DNA of 64,000 bases from Pseudomonadota bacterium (GCA_018817385.1 JAHIUA010000085.1:21636-85635), one strand, 5' to 3'; counted from the first letter of the stretch, positions 18,889 through 29,604 are shown. A program made the numbers and translations. Notes: generated from the letters alone by a model not told the origin.

Positions 18889-19785
18889 ATGGAAAATTTA
18901 ATCCTTATCTTCACCTGTCTCACTGCAGGCCTGTTCCTGCAACGATCAACGGTTTTTACCGACAACGCGCCCCTGACCTTGAACCTCTATGTCATCTGGA
19001 TCGCCCTTCCTGCCCTCATCCTGCGCCAGGTACCACCCCTTTCCTTTTCCGCTGATCTCTTTATCTTAGTTCTCATACCCTGGGTCATGACCGGATTGGG
19101 GGCCATCCTGGTATTGATTGCCAGCCGTCTCTGTACCTGGTCAAGAGAGGTCACGGCAGTACTTCTCCTCACTGTTCCTCTCGGCAACACCTCTTTCCTG
19201 GGCATCCCCATGATCGAGGCCTTTTTCAACACTGACATGGTCACCTATGGTATTATCTATGACCAATTCGGATCATTTGTGGCCCTGGCCACCTACGGTT
19301 CCTTCATCCTCGCTCTCTACAGCAAACAGCAGCCTCAGGACATCCGCCTCATTGCCAAAAATATTCTCACCTTTCCCCCCTTTCTCACCCTACTCCTAGC
19401 ACTCCTTTTTGCAAAACAGCTGCAGCAGCCAGCCATTGCCGGAAGCCTGGCCCTGATCGCTTCCTCACTGGTACCCGTGGTCATGTTCGCCATCGGCCTG
19501 CAGCTGAAATTCAAGCTGGCGCCAGGGCAGGGGGTGCCCTTTTGCTTCGCTCTGACAGTAAAATTGCTCATTGCCCCCCTTATTGTTCTGCTCATCTGTC
19601 AAATCCTAGGCCTGGACACACCTGCATCCCGCATTGCCGTCTTTGAGGCTGGCATGCCGCCCATGGTCACGGCAGGGGCCATGGCCATGAGTGCAGGACT
19701 GGCTCCAAGACTGGCTGCCGCCCTGGTTGGCTGGGGCATCCTCCTCTCCTTTGCCAGTCTCACCCTGCTTACCCTGATTCTGTAA
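18889..19785 (+). CDS. AEC (auxin efflux carrier) family transporter
   Basis: About 10 TM segments. MENLILIFTCLTAGLFLQR...LNLYVIWIALPALIL is typical of the AEC N-terminus. The track ORF starts earlier (18835), but the ATG at 18889 fits. Confidence 0.75.
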   Translation: MENLILIFTCLTAGLFLQRSTVFTDNAPLTLNLYVIWIALPALILRQVPPLSFSADLFILVLIPWVMTGLGAILVLIASRLCTWSREVTAVLLLTVPLGNTSFLGIPMIEAFFNTDMVTYGIIYDQFGSFVALATYGSFILALYSKQQPQDIRLIAKNILTFPPFLTLLLALLFAKQLQQPAIAGSLALIASSLVPVVMFAIGLQLKFKLAPGQGVPFCFALTVKLLIAPLIVLLICQILGLDTPASRIAVFEAGMPPMVTAGAMAMSAGLAPRLAAALVGWGILLSFASLTLLTLIL

Positions 19786-19824
19786 AAAAAAATCAACTCT
19801 CATCCATATCAACAAGGCCAAAGC

Positions 19825-20842
19825 ATGAAACTGATCGATTTGAGAAGCGACACCGTCACCAGGCCCTGCACTGCTATGCGTTCTGCCATGGCCCAGGCAG
19901 ACGTTGGTGATGATGTCTTTGGCGAAGACCCGAGTGTCAACCACCTCGAAGAGATGGCCGCGGATATGCTAGGCTTTGAATCCACCCTTTTTGCAGCCAG
20001 CGGCACCCAGACAAATCTTCTGTCCCTGCTCTGCCACTGTGAGCGCGCGGGGACGAATACATCGTCGGCCAACAGGCCCACACCTACAGATATGAAGGGG
20101 GGGGAGCGGCGGTTCTCGGCTCCATCCAGCCACAACCGATTGAATTTGAACCCGACTCGACCTTGGATCTGGCCAAGGTGAAGCGATATATCAAACCAGA
20201 AGATTTTCATTTTGCCCGTACCCGGCTGCTCTGCCTGGAAAATACCCAGGACGGCAAAGCCTACCCATGGACTATCTGGCAGAGGCAGCCTCCTTTGCCA
20301 AGAAAGAAGGAATAGGGATCCACCTCGACGGGGCCAGGATCTTTAATGCAGCCCTGAAGCGTAAGGTGGCGGCATCAGCCATTGCCTCATGCTTCGACTC
20401 CGTGTCTCTCTGTCTCTCAAAAGGCCTTGGAGCACCTGTCGGCTCTCTACTCTATGCAAACAAGGAACTCATCCGGGAAGCCAGGAAATGGCGAAAGATG
20501 CTTGGAGGTGGCATGCGTCAGGCAGGGATAGTGGCAGCCGCAGGGATCTATGCTCTTCAGCACAACAGGCAAAGACTGGCAGAAGATCATGAAAATGCAA
20601 CTCTGCTGGCCCAGGGACGGCAAGAAAGAGATGAGATTGGTGTGGAATTTCACGAGGCCCAGACCAATATGGTCTACGCCGATTTTTCCTCCACAGCGGC
20701 CGCCCTATTGCCCGAATTTCTTCAACAGCGCGGCATTCTGGTCAGCAGCTGGGACAGGGTGCGCCTGGTAACACACTTAGATATTGCAAGGGAAGATATT
20801 TCACGGGTGGTGGAGGCCTACAATGGATTTTTCTCTGGCTGA
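19825..20842 (+). pseudogene. ltaE: low-specificity L-threonine aldolase, disrupted by two frameshifts
   Basis: Three consecutive frames carry contiguous LtaE sequence. These are [14 protein letters not shown]...LLCHCER (frame 1), [32 protein letters not shown]...LENTQDGKAYP (frame 0) and MDYLAEAASFAKKEGIGIHLDGARIFNA... (frame 2). Shifts lie at ~20047-20052 (GCGCGCGGGG tract) and ~20262-20267 (CCC run). Confidence 0.8.
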
Positions 20843-20887
20843 CCGGCGGATTATCTGGTCAGCACAGCCGGCTGGCCCCAAAAACGT

Positions 20888-21271
20888 CTATTTATCACGT
20901 AACATCTGGGGACTGAAAGCAGAACCGTGCGGCACATGACAGGTCAGGCACTTACTCTCGACCTCAGACTCGGTATGCTGGGTCCCCACCCCTTTTTCAT
21001 GACAGGTAAGGCAGATGTCCTTCTCCTTAAGGGTAAATTTTCCAGCCAGGGTGATGGTGCAGGCTGGTCCATTCGGTAGATGGCACATCACACAGCCATC
21101 AGCCCCAGCCATCTCGGCCGCCACTGGCCCATGGACATATTGTACCTGGATCAAATTCTGGTGACAACTGCCATTGAGACAGCCCTTAGCCATTGCCGCA
21201 GCAGGAACCAATAACGACAGGGCCCCAAGGAAAATGAGGGCCGCAGGAAACAAAAGGTATCTTTCACTCAT
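20888..21271 (-). CDS. small tetraheme c-type cytochrome (cytochrome c3-like)
   Basis: Signal peptide plus four haem motifs: CLNGSCH (CX4CH, as occurs in c3-type cytochromes), CVMCH, CLTCH, CLTCH. Start taken at MSERYLL (21271). Confidence 0.8.
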   Translation of the reverse strand: MSERYLLFPAALIFLGALSLLVPAAAMAKGCLNGSCHQNLIQVQYVHGPVAAEMAGADGCVMCHLPNGPACTITLAGKFTLKEKDICLTCHEKGVGTQHTESEVESKCLTCHVPHGSAFSPQMLRDK

Positions 21272-21824
21272 GGCAATATCCTCAGCTATATTGATGGAAG
21301 GAATCAAAGCGATAACAGGCCTACGCTACCCCATCCCCTTCCATCATGGCAAGAGAAAACAGTCCGTTGCCATGTCATGTGCCACATTCCTGCCGAGACA
21401 CCATTGTTTCTCTTCTTTGAGCCTGAGCAACCGCTCTGTGGTCATGCTGGTTCAGGACCTGGAAGCTATAAGCACAATTGGGATGAACTTTCATGAAACT
21501 CGGACAGCCATGGCCTATGCCACTTCGTTGCCTGAATCCACTCCCATGTCAGCAAAGTTTATTCAGTAACCAACTCTCGTGCTTGACGGCAGGAAAGACG
21601 TTCGTTTGAGAAAAAAACAAGCGAGTCTCATTGAGAATGAGTTCACGGCTGGTGGAGACCAGCAAGGAGTTTATCACAAGCTGATCCAGGACAAAGAGTC
21701 ACCTGTTGACAATGGTCAACAGGCACTCTCAAAAAGAACTTTTTTTCATTTTTTTCAGACGGTGCTCACTCTGTGAGCACCTGCCTCTGTTACTATCCCC
21801 CTTAAGACCAAAAAGGAGGATAGG

Positions 21825-22061
21825 ATGATGAAAAAAAAGAGCTGCATCAGTCACAACCAATATCTTCAGGAATCCCTGCCGACAGGAGGCTGGGCCCAGG
21901 ACAGCCGCAACAGAAACAAATCACTCAAACGCCTGTGCCAACGCTATCAGAAAAAAATAGACAGCGCCTTGGCGGCCATGGCCATTGGCCTGATGTTCCT
22001 GGCCGGGATCTCGACATTCCTGATCCAGCTGGCTGAATTCGGCTTTAGGGCCTGTAAGTAA
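21825..22061 (+). CDS. hypothetical small membrane-anchored protein (78 aa)
   Basis: Strong SD (AAGGAGG at ~21813) and one C-terminal TM helix (AAMAIGLMFLAGISTFLIQLA). No family recognised. Confidence 0.4.
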   Translation: MMKKKSCISHNQYLQESLPTGGWAQDSRNRNKSLKRLCQRYQKKIDSALAAMAIGLMFLAGISTFLIQLAEFGFRACK

Positions 22062-22298
22062 ATAAGCGAGCTAATCCTGCATCTTCTCTTCAGGTCAGGT
22101 CTGAATGCGACTCAATCACAAAATCCTCACCGCAGCCCTGCTACGCCTGCGTTGTTTGTGCAATCGCCGCATCCAGACCTGGCCCATCTAAGCGGAATAT
22201 CAGCCGGATTATCCCTTTACTGGGTCTAAGTGACTCAGCAGTTCACTTCCCAGGTAAAACCAATCTGTCTCCACTTCCCTACCGTGACCAAAACCGAT

Positions 22299-22775
22299 TT
22301 ATCCCCGGCCAGCATTCTCCCAGGCCTCGTCCAATCGGGCCTCAACATAGCGGATTAAGCCTTCATCCCGTTCCTCAAGATCAAAACAGACGGCATCTTC
22401 GCCGAGCAGCCCCCCTGGAACAAAGTCGCCTTTTTCTTGTGGATCAGTAATCATGTCACCGTAAAAACAGACCGAAAGCCATCGCGAAGCATCTTCAATG
22501 ACATCAACCATAACAAAAAGATCTTTCCCTTTCTGATCTGCATGAACAGCTCTGAGGGAATAGGTAACACCAGGGCGCGATATGAAATCGAGGCTCACGC
22601 CCTCCTTTTGGCTCAAATAGTCCCTGAAATGGAGAAAAATTTCCTTATTATTGCCAGGTTCTTCTCTCCATTCTTCAATAAAGGTGTTCAGTTTTTGTTC
22701 TGTTTCTTCTCTCACATCCAACCCCTTTAATCCTAGAGATACTCTTATTTCAATTTCTGACCACAGCAGCCCCAT
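22299..22775 (-). CDS. hypothetical cytoplasmic protein
   Basis: Clean ORF with coding-like composition. An internal GTG at 22715 with an AAGGGG SD may be the true start. No family recognised. Confidence 0.5.
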   Translation of the reverse strand: MGLLWSEIEIRVSLGLKGLDVREETEQKLNTFIEEWREEPGNNKEIFLHFRDYLSQKEGVSLDFISRPGVTYSLRAVHADQKGKDLFVMVDVIEDASRWLSVCFYGDMITDPQEKGDFVPGGLLGEDAVCFDLEERDEGLIRYVEARLDEAWENAGRG

Positions 22776-22948
22776 GTTTTCAAAGGGATAACACAGCCAC
22801 TTGTGGACAGGGCCTCAACGACTCCACCCTGCCCTATACCACATTTTTTCTCCAAAGGGAATTGGTGCCGGCAAAGCTACAGGCAAAAAACAATGTTCTC
22901 TGCCTTTCTGAGAGAATGATACTGTGAGAACAACAAGTGAGATTTTGT

Positions 22949-23461
22949 TTATTTTTTCGGCCACACGTTTTCTTGTATGGAAATCGTTTCTCCCCTGACA
23001 GGTCTTTTTTTGTAAAGAGCAAGACCCTGCAGGAAATGGCGAAGAAATTGATCACCACATTCCTTATAATGTTTGTGACCGCTTCTTCTAAAAAAGGCTG
23101 ACAGTTCAGACTTGGAGACCGTAGTTTCGCCTAGCTTGAAGATTTCCAGCATATCTGTATCCTGGTAAGCGAGAGCGATACGAACCTTCCTTAAAATACT
23201 GTTATTATTGAGCTTTATTTGCTCATCAGGTGCTGCAGTTTTGTTCAGGGAACCTCGATAGAAAATGATAAGGCCATCAAGAAACGCATTTAAGAGGGGC
23301 TGCGAACAGAGAACGAAACCTTTCTCATCCTCTTTTTTCAATAGGCTCTTGAGATGAGTCTTCTCAATCTCCTGCCCGGAGGCATGAAATATCTGAATCA
23401 TCTCTGTATCTTTCAAGTTCAGGCTATAGCGAATTTTTCGCAAAAAATCGTTGGCAATCAC
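22949..23461 (-). CDS. DUF1456 (YehS-like) protein
   Basis: Two tandem repeats of the NDFLRKIRYSL.L.D..M..IF / NSILRKVRIALAYQDTDMLEIF type with FLDGLI / FLQGLA. Confidence 0.75.
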   Translation of the reverse strand: MIANDFLRKIRYSLNLKDTEMIQIFHASGQEIEKTHLKSLLKKEDEKGFVLCSQPLLNAFLDGLIIFYRGSLNKTAAPDEQIKLNNNSILRKVRIALAYQDTDMLEIFKLGETTVSKSELSAFFRRSGHKHYKECGDQFLRHFLQGLALYKKRPVRGETISIQENVWPKK

Positions 23462-23621
23462 TGGGAATTTATAAGAAACGTTGAGGGTTATTCTTCACCA
23501 GACAAGGACACAAGAAAAAATCGACGCCAAGCCAAGCCACAAGTTGTATACAAGGGGTTTTCAGAAAAGATTCTTTTTGCAGCTGCTTGCCACATATCCC
23601 GGATAGGTGGCAGAAAAGACC

Positions 23622-23664
23622 AAAAAAAAATCAGGCAGCCCCTCCCATTACGGAAGCGACTGCC
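23622..23664 (-). terminator. rho-independent terminator downstream of aspS
   Basis: Minus strand: GGCAGTCGCTTCC...GGGAGGGGCTGCC hairpin followed by TGATTTTTTTTT, 15 nt after the aspS stop. Confidence 0.75.
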
Positions 23665-23678
23665 ACCAGAGGCAACTA

Positions 23679-25466
23679 TCAGGACTCTTTCCAGTCCGGG
23701 CGCAGATAGAGCTCAGTGAGCTGTTTCCTGGAGACGGAAGCCGGGGCCTCGGTAAGGGGGCAGGTCGCCTTCTGAGTCTTAGGAAAAGCGATGACTTCAC
23801 GGATGGAGTTGCTGCCGGTAATAATCATGAGCAACCGATCCAGACCAAAGGCCAAGCCACCGTGGGGCGGTGCGCCGAGTTCCAGGGCTCGGAGGAGGAA
23901 ACCAAACTTGTCATTGGCCTCTTCTTCGTCTATATCGAGGGCTTTCAAGACCCGGGCCTGGATATCACGGCGGTGGATACGGATTGACCCGCCACCGATC
24001 TCGGTACCGTTTAGCACCAGATCATAGGCCTGGCTGTAGACAGCTGCCGGATCCGTTTCCAGTTTGTCGATATCTTCTTCCTTGGGGGCAGTAAAGGGAT
24101 GATGGAGGGCCTGAAAACGTTTCTTGTTCTCATCATACTCCATCAGAGGGAAATCAGTGACCCAGACAAAGCTAAAGGTTTTCTTGTCCAGGAGCTCCAG
24201 ACGACGAGCCAATTCCACCCGCAACTCACCCAGGACCGGGAAGACCACGGAGACCTTGTCCGCTCCAAAAAAGAGCAGATCTCCTTCCTCGGCATTCAGG
24301 ACCTTATTCATGGCTGCCCGCTCCTCGTCACTAAAGAACTTGGCAATGGGTGACTGCCACTCTCCATCTGCCTTCATCTTTACCCAGGCGAGTCCCTTGG
24401 CTCCAAACTGGGCCACATAGTCAGTAAGGACATCAAGATCCTTGCGAGAAAAATGGGCACACCCTTTGGCATTGATGGCGCGTACAGTTCCTCCACCATC
24501 AACAGTGGAACGGAAGACCTTAAAAGAACAGGTTCGGGCAATCTCGCTCAGGTCCACGAGCTCGAAGCCAAAACGGACATCAGGCCTATCGGTACCAAAC
24601 CGATCCATGGCCTCATCATAGCTGAGACGGGAAAAGGGGAGAGCGACATCGAGATTCAAGGTATCTTTAAAGAGTTTGCTGATCATACCCTCGGTGACTT
24701 CAATGATCTGCTCCTCATTCATGAAGGAAAGCTCCATATCGATCTGAGTGAACTCAGGCTGGCGATCGGCGCGGAGATCCTCATCGCGAAAACATTTGAC
24801 GATCTGGTAATAGCGGTCCATACCAGCAATCATCAGCAGCTGTTTAAAGAGTTGAGGAGACTGAGGCAAGGCATAAAACTTGCCGGCATTGACCCGACTT
24901 GGCACCAGATAGTCCCGAGCCCCTTCCGGGGTGGAACGAGTAAGCATGGGGGTCTCAACCTCAAGGAATTCATTGTCATTGAGATAGGTCCGAATGGACT
25001 GCACCGCCGTATGACGCATGACCAGATTGGACGCCATCTCAGGCCGCCGCAGATCCATATAACGATACTGGAGACGAAGATTTTCGGAAACATCACTCTC
25101 CTCATCCAGAGGGAAGGGTGGGGTTTCTGCGGTATTTAAGATACGTAGTTCATCAACAAAGACTTCAATCTCGCCGCTGGCCAGTTTTTTGTTAGCCATC
25201 CCTTCAAGCCTGGCTGCCACCTTGCCGCGAACAGCAATAACCCATTCACTGCGGAGTTGATGTGCCTTGGCATGGGTTTCGGTATTCACTTCAGGATTAA
25301 AGATTATCTGAGTCAATCCACGGCGATCGCGGAGATCAATAAAGATAACACCACCATGATCCCGCCGGCGCAGAACCCAGCCCATGAGAATTACTTCTTC
25401 ACCAATATTGGCCCTTGTCAGATCGTTACAGGAATGTGTCCTGCGCATTGTTCCCATTGATTCCAT
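23679..25466 (-). CDS. aspS: aspartate--tRNA ligase
   Basis: [10 protein letters not shown]..., class IIb motifs ([31 protein letters not shown]). The true start may be 25448-25457. Confidence 0.95.
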   Translation of the reverse strand: MESMGTMRRTHSCNDLTRANIGEEVILMGWVLRRRDHGGVIFIDLRDRRGLTQIIFNPEVNTETHAKAHQLRSEWVIAVRGKVAARLEGMANKKLASGEIEVFVDELRILNTAETPPFPLDEESDVSENLRLQYRYMDLRRPEMASNLVMRHTAVQSIRTYLNDNEFLEVETPMLTRSTPEGARDYLVPSRVNAGKFYALPQSPQLFKQLLMIAGMDRYYQIVKCFRDEDLRADRQPEFTQIDMELSFMNEEQIIEVTEGMISKLFKDTLNLDVALPFSRLSYDEAMDRFGTDRPDVRFGFELVDLSEIARTCSFKVFRSTVDGGGTVRAINAKGCAHFSRKDLDVLTDYVAQFGAKGLAWVKMKADGEWQSPIAKFFSDEERAAMNKVLNAEEGDLLFFGADKVSVVFPVLGELRVELARRLELLDKKTFSFVWVTDFPLMEYDENKKRFQALHHPFTAPKEEDIDKLETDPAAVYSQAYDLVLNGTEIGGGSIRIHRRDIQARVLKALDIDEEEANDKFGFLLRALELGAPPHGGLAFGLDRLLMIITGSNSIREVIAFPKTQKATCPLTEAPASVSRKQLTELYLRPDWKES

Positions 25467-25514
25467 GAGTTTTTCTTCTATTGTAAAAGGAATATCTAAT
25501 TAGTTTGAAGGTAT

Positions 25515-25641
25515 GCAGCAGCACTTCATCTTCGTCCGTTGCGGTCTTCTCGAAGAGCATGAGTATACTTCGAAGTCCGCACTGAACGAATAGAAAGCAC
25601 TGCTAAACAGTTACAGAGCGCTTGTTTGCCAATTGTCTGGC
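25515..25641 (+). repeat. dispersed intergenic repeat, copy B
   Basis: Near-colinear with copy A over ~125 bp. Lies between the aspS start and the hisS stop. Confidence 0.8.
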
Positions 25642-25706
25642 CTTACCTGATTAGTTTCATTAGTTTTTTTTATATTTTCTCAAGACTCGCTTGATAACTC
25701 AATTGG

Positions 25707-26993
25707 TCATTGCTCCAAGCTTATCTTTTTTTTCTCAAACGCCTGCAGGAGGAGAGAAAGTAACGCATCAACTCCAGTACCGATGCGGATCTTCTCCTGT
25801 TCCTGGCTCTGCATGTCTCTGAGAACAGCCTGCCCCTCTTCCAATTCAGTATCGCCAATAATCAGAACCCACTTGGCGCCTGCCTTATTCGCCTGTTTCA
25901 TCTGAGACTTCAGGCTACGTCCTTCATAATCCGTGGCTACCTGCAATCCCTTTCGGCGAAGAGCGTGAACCAGAGGAAAGACAAAATTTGTGGCCACCTC
26001 CCCCAGGCCAGCCACAAAGAGATCACTCTCACCTTCAGCGACCTCTTCCCCTTCCTGCTGCTGGAGGAGAAGAACCAGTCGTTCCATGCCCAGAGCAAAA
26101 CCTATGCCAGGAACCTTGGGGCCGCCAAGTTGTTCGATCAAGCCATCGTACCGGCCTCCGGCACCCACTGCTGCCTGAGCACCCAGATCTCCGGTAATAA
26201 ATTCAAAGGTAGTCCGGGTATAATAATCCAGCCCCCGAACCATAAACTTGTTGAGGCTGTAGGGTACTCCAAGTTGCTGCAGTCCTTCCTGAACCACTCC
26301 AAAATGATCACTGCATCCCTGACAGAGATGCTCCTGGATAGAAGGCGCCTCTTCCACCAAGGTGCGGCAGGATGGATTTTTGCAGTCAAGCACCCGCAGG
26401 GGGTTAGACGTGCAACGTCGTTTACAGTCATCACAAAGCGCCTCATGGCGATCTTCCAAAAAAGCGAGCAGGGCCTGACGAAAATCGGGACGGCAGGCAG
26501 GGCAGCCAAGGGAATTCAGTTCCAGGCTCACCGTCAACCCCAGTTCTTCCAGGAGCAGGGCTCCCATGGCCATAAGTTCTGCGTCAACCCTTGGATTCTG
26601 GGCCCCAATCACCTCCACGTCCATCTGGTGAAACTGGCGAAGTCGTCCCTTCTGGGGACGTTCGTGACGAAACATTGGGCCAATGGTAAAGAGCCGCTGA
26701 ATAGGTTTCTGTACATGAAGGCCATGCTGAATATACGCTCGCAGCAAAGATGCGGTGGCCTCTGGTCGCATGGTGATCTGTTTGTCGACAAAGGTATACA
26801 TCTCTTTTTCAACAATATCGGTGCTCTCACCGATGGAACGAGAAAAAAGTTCGGTCTTCTCTAATATAGGCATCCTGATTTCGGAGAAGCTGAAACGCGA
26901 AAAAATTGTCCGGGCTGCGGTTTCCACCCGTTGCCAGAGTTCCACCTCACCCGGCACGATGTCTTTAAAGCCGTTCAGGGCCGTTATCTTCAC
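25707..26993 (-). CDS. hisS: histidine--tRNA ligase
   Basis: GFKDIVPGE, MFRHERPQKGRLRQFHQ, GGRYDGL, FALGMERL motifs. Confidence 0.95.
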   Translation of the reverse strand: MKITALNGFKDIVPGEVELWQRVETAARTIFSRFSFSEIRMPILEKTELFSRSIGESTDIVEKEMYTFVDKQITMRPEATASLLRAYIQHGLHVQKPIQRLFTIGPMFRHERPQKGRLRQFHQMDVEVIGAQNPRVDAELMAMGALLLEELGLTVSLELNSLGCPACRPDFRQALLAFLEDRHEALCDDCKRRCTSNPLRVLDCKNPSCRTLVEEAPSIQEHLCQGCSDHFGVVQEGLQQLGVPYSLNKFMVRGLDYYTRTTFEFITGDLGAQAAVGAGGRYDGLIEQLGGPKVPGIGFALGMERLVLLLQQQEGEEVAEGESDLFVAGLGEVATNFVFPLVHALRRKGLQVATDYEGRSLKSQMKQANKAGAKWVLIIGDTELEEGQAVLRDMQSQEQEKIRIGTGVDALLSLLLQAFEKKKISLEQ

Positions 26994-27327
26994 TGCTGTT
27001 CCTCCAGGATTTTACACATTCCAAAAAGGATAAAATTAAACGTAATTATCCGAAAATGTCAAGCAGATGCGGGCAAATCGTGTAAAATTCGCCACTTCAG
27101 TGGAATTTCACACCCTTTTCCCCTGGACAACCTTGTGCCAAGCCAACGCTTCAAATCTCCTTACCGTTCACCACAGAGTAAGACCTTGACTTTCAGCAAC
27201 TTTTCTCAAAGAGTTTTTATAGACGGTACCCTAATGATAGCAAGCGCTCCATTTTGTAACGTTTCTGCACCCTGCGAAGCAGCAAACAGGAGCTCAAAAA
27301 AATCTTGAGCTATCCCGGAGAGATTCC

Positions 27328-28218
27328 ATGAATAAACGACATTTAATTCTTTTTGCAGTTGTATTCTGCCTCCTCAACTTTTCAGCCCAGGCGGCAGACA
27401 GCATCAAAATAGGCGTCCTCGCCAAAAATGGGCCTGCCAATGCCCTGAAAAAATGATCTGCCACCGGTGAATACCTGACCATTGAACTTGGAAAAAGTGT
27501 TGAAATTGGGCCTCGTAATTTTGCCAAAGTCAATCCGGCCATTGAAGCCAATGCGGTCGATTTTTTCCTCATAAACTTCTCAATGTTTTTCACCGCAAAA
27601 ATAAAGTTTGGCGCAAACGCCATAGCCACCAGGATCAACTCCCGTCAAGACCAGGCACTGAATTCCTTCGGCGGAGTTATCATCACCTCTGCCTACAACG
27701 ACAGTATCAATAGCCTGGAAGATCTCAAGGGCAAGACCTTCATGGCCGTCGAAAAATCCTCCTTTGGGGGATGGCAAATGGCCTATAAGACCATCAAGGA
27801 CGCAGGCCTGGATCCTTTCCAGGATTTTGCCAAAATGGAATTCGGCGGCAAACATGACAATGTTGTTTTTGCCATCCAAAATGAAGCAGTCCAAGCCGGT
27901 ACTGTCCGCACCGACACCCTGGAACGCATGGCAGCCAGCGGTACCATCACCATGGAAGACTTCAAGATCATCAATAAGCAAAACTATGCGAACTTCCCTT
28001 TTATCTGTTCGACTGCCCTCCACCCTGAATGGCCTCTTACAAAGACAAGTGCCACTTCTGATGCCCTGACCCAGAAAGTTGTTGCAGCTCTCAAACAGAT
28101 TACAAAAGACAACCCGGCTGCAGCCAAGGCCAAGATCATCGGCTGGTCTGAGCCCCTTGATTACAGTCCAGTAGAAGAACTGCAGAAGGCCCTCACTGTC
28201 GGGGCATTCGCAAAATAA
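27328..28218 (+). pseudogene. PhnD-like periplasmic substrate-binding protein with in-frame TGA at codon 43
   Basis: The signal peptide plus IKIGVLAKNGPANALKK is in the same frame as the 211-aa track ORF (27583..28218). Only a TGA at 27454-27456 separates them, at the position where this family has Trp (..W.ptaeYL). Confidence 0.7.
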
Positions 28219-28543
28219 CGCACCTTTTCCAGGAAGACAGTTTCCCTCCTGTCTGCCTGGTTCTCTCTTTCTCCTCCTTCTTTCACAATCCCTGTTCCCT
28301 TCTTCCAAAAAACTACCTGCCATCTCGTCACCGCCTGCCCAGACAACATATAACCAATCGATTTTACATTTATATTATCTTGAAATCTAGAAGCGAAGGG
28401 CAGGGCTTCTCAAACTCAATTTGAATGTCTTTATTTGCATTCAGGAGACCAAGATGCGAAGAGGGTATTTTGATCCACCCTTCTGCCTAGTTTTTTCCAT
28501 TACAGAGGACCGTACCATTCCCTTGGTATCTCGCTATCACTAC

Positions 28544-28572
28544 TTGACAAATAGAGGCAAGCAGGGCATTAT
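28544..28572 (+). promoter_or_regulatory. candidate sigma70-type promoter (TTGACA-17 nt-CATTAT)
   Basis: Sequence inspection only. About 45 nt upstream of the ATG at 28615. Confidence 0.35.
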
Positions 28573-28614
28573 TACGGATTGCTCAAAAGAATATACACAG
28601 GAGTATGGAACCAG

Positions 28615-29604
28615 ATGAAGCTACCAGAGTTAAAAATTGCAAATTTCACCGCACGCATTCCCCTGATCCAGGGCGGAATGTCCATTCGTGTTTCAACCTC
28701 TGCACTGGCGGCACCGGTTGCAGACTGTGGTGGAATTGGGGTCATTGGCGGATCAGCCCTGCCCACTGAGGATCTGCGGGCAGACATCCTTAAGGCCAAA
28801 AGCATGACAGACGGCATCGTGGCAGTCAATATTATGTATGCCATGAAAGATTTTTACAACTTGGTAATGACTTCGATTGAATCAGGGATTGACATGATCA
28901 TCACCGGAGCTGGTTTTTCCCGTGATATCTTCAAAATCGGACGTGAACACAATGTTCCTGTTGTCATGATCGTCTCCTCCCCCGGAATCGCCAAACTTGC
29001 TGAAAAAATGGGCGCAGCGGCCATTATTGTCGAATCCTGTGAGGCTGGGGGCCATCTTGGTACCGATCGTCCCTTGCGTGAAATTTTTCCTCCCATTCGT
29101 GAGATCATCAGCAAAGTCCCCCTCATCGCTGCCGGTGGAATTACGAACGGCTATGAAATGGCCGAGATGATGGACAAGTATGGGGCAGACGGGATACAAA
29201 TCGCCTCCCGTTTTGTCCTCAGTGAAGAATGCGACGTGGATGACAATTTCAAACAGGCCTATTTGAATGCCACCAAGGAAGATATTGTCATCACCTCTTC
29301 TCCAGTGGGCATGCCGGGCCGGGCGATCAACACCAAATTTGTCAGTTCCATGGCTCAAGGGGCGGATACAAAGGTCAAGAAATGCCTCCACAAGTGTTTG
29401 AAGAAATGTGACCATCACTACTGCATCAGCGAACGACTGCTGAGCGCCCGTGCCGGCAAGCTCGACGATGGCCTCTTTTTTTCTGGTGCCAACACCTACA
29501 AGATGAAAGAGATCTTACCCGTAGCCGAGATTTTCCGACAATTTGTCACCCAGGCGGAATCAGTGTATAAAGAAGGGCGGGGCTTCGACCCGATTGCCTC
29601 CTGA
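28615..29604 (+). CDS. nitronate monooxygenase / FabK-like FMN oxidoreductase family protein
   Basis: IPLIQGGMS...GGIGVIG...ESCEAGGHLG...AAGGI motifs of the NMO (2-nitropropane dioxygenase) TIM barrel. Confidence 0.8.
   Translation: MKLPELKIANFTARIPLIQGGMSIRVSTSALAAPVADCGGIGVIGGSALPTEDLRADILKAKSMTDGIVAVNIMYAMKDFYNLVMTSIESGIDMIITGAGFSRDIFKIGREHNVPVVMIVSSPGIAKLAEKMGAAAIIVESCEAGGHLGTDRPLREIFPPIREIISKVPLIAAGGITNGYEMAEMMDKYGADGIQIASRFVLSEECDVDDNFKQAYLNATKEDIVITSSPVGMPGRAINTKFVSSMAQGADTKVKKCLHKCLKKCDHHYCISERLLSARAGKLDDGLFFSGANTYKMKEILPVAEIFRQFVTQAESVYKEGRGFDPIAS

Noticed and set aside
21321-21548. Minus-strand frame reading ...QECGT-TGA-HGNG..., a CxxUH that would be a haem-binding motif with selenocysteine, just upstream of the tetraheme cytochrome gene
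   Set aside because: No signal peptide, no credible start/SD and no other haem motifs occur in the frame. I could not fold a convincing hairpin after the TGA. It is more likely chance or a decayed cytochrome fragment. Worth only a quick blastx.
27454-27456. Idea that TGA is reassigned (Trp or Gly), because in-frame TGAs occur at 27454, 14047 and 48611
   Set aside because: Many clearly complete genes here terminate at TGA at the expected protein end (for example DAHP synthase at 11095-11097 and hypD). The genome is ~50% GC with normal gene density. So TGA is a stop. The three cases are best explained individually as nonsense mutation, decay and possible Sec.
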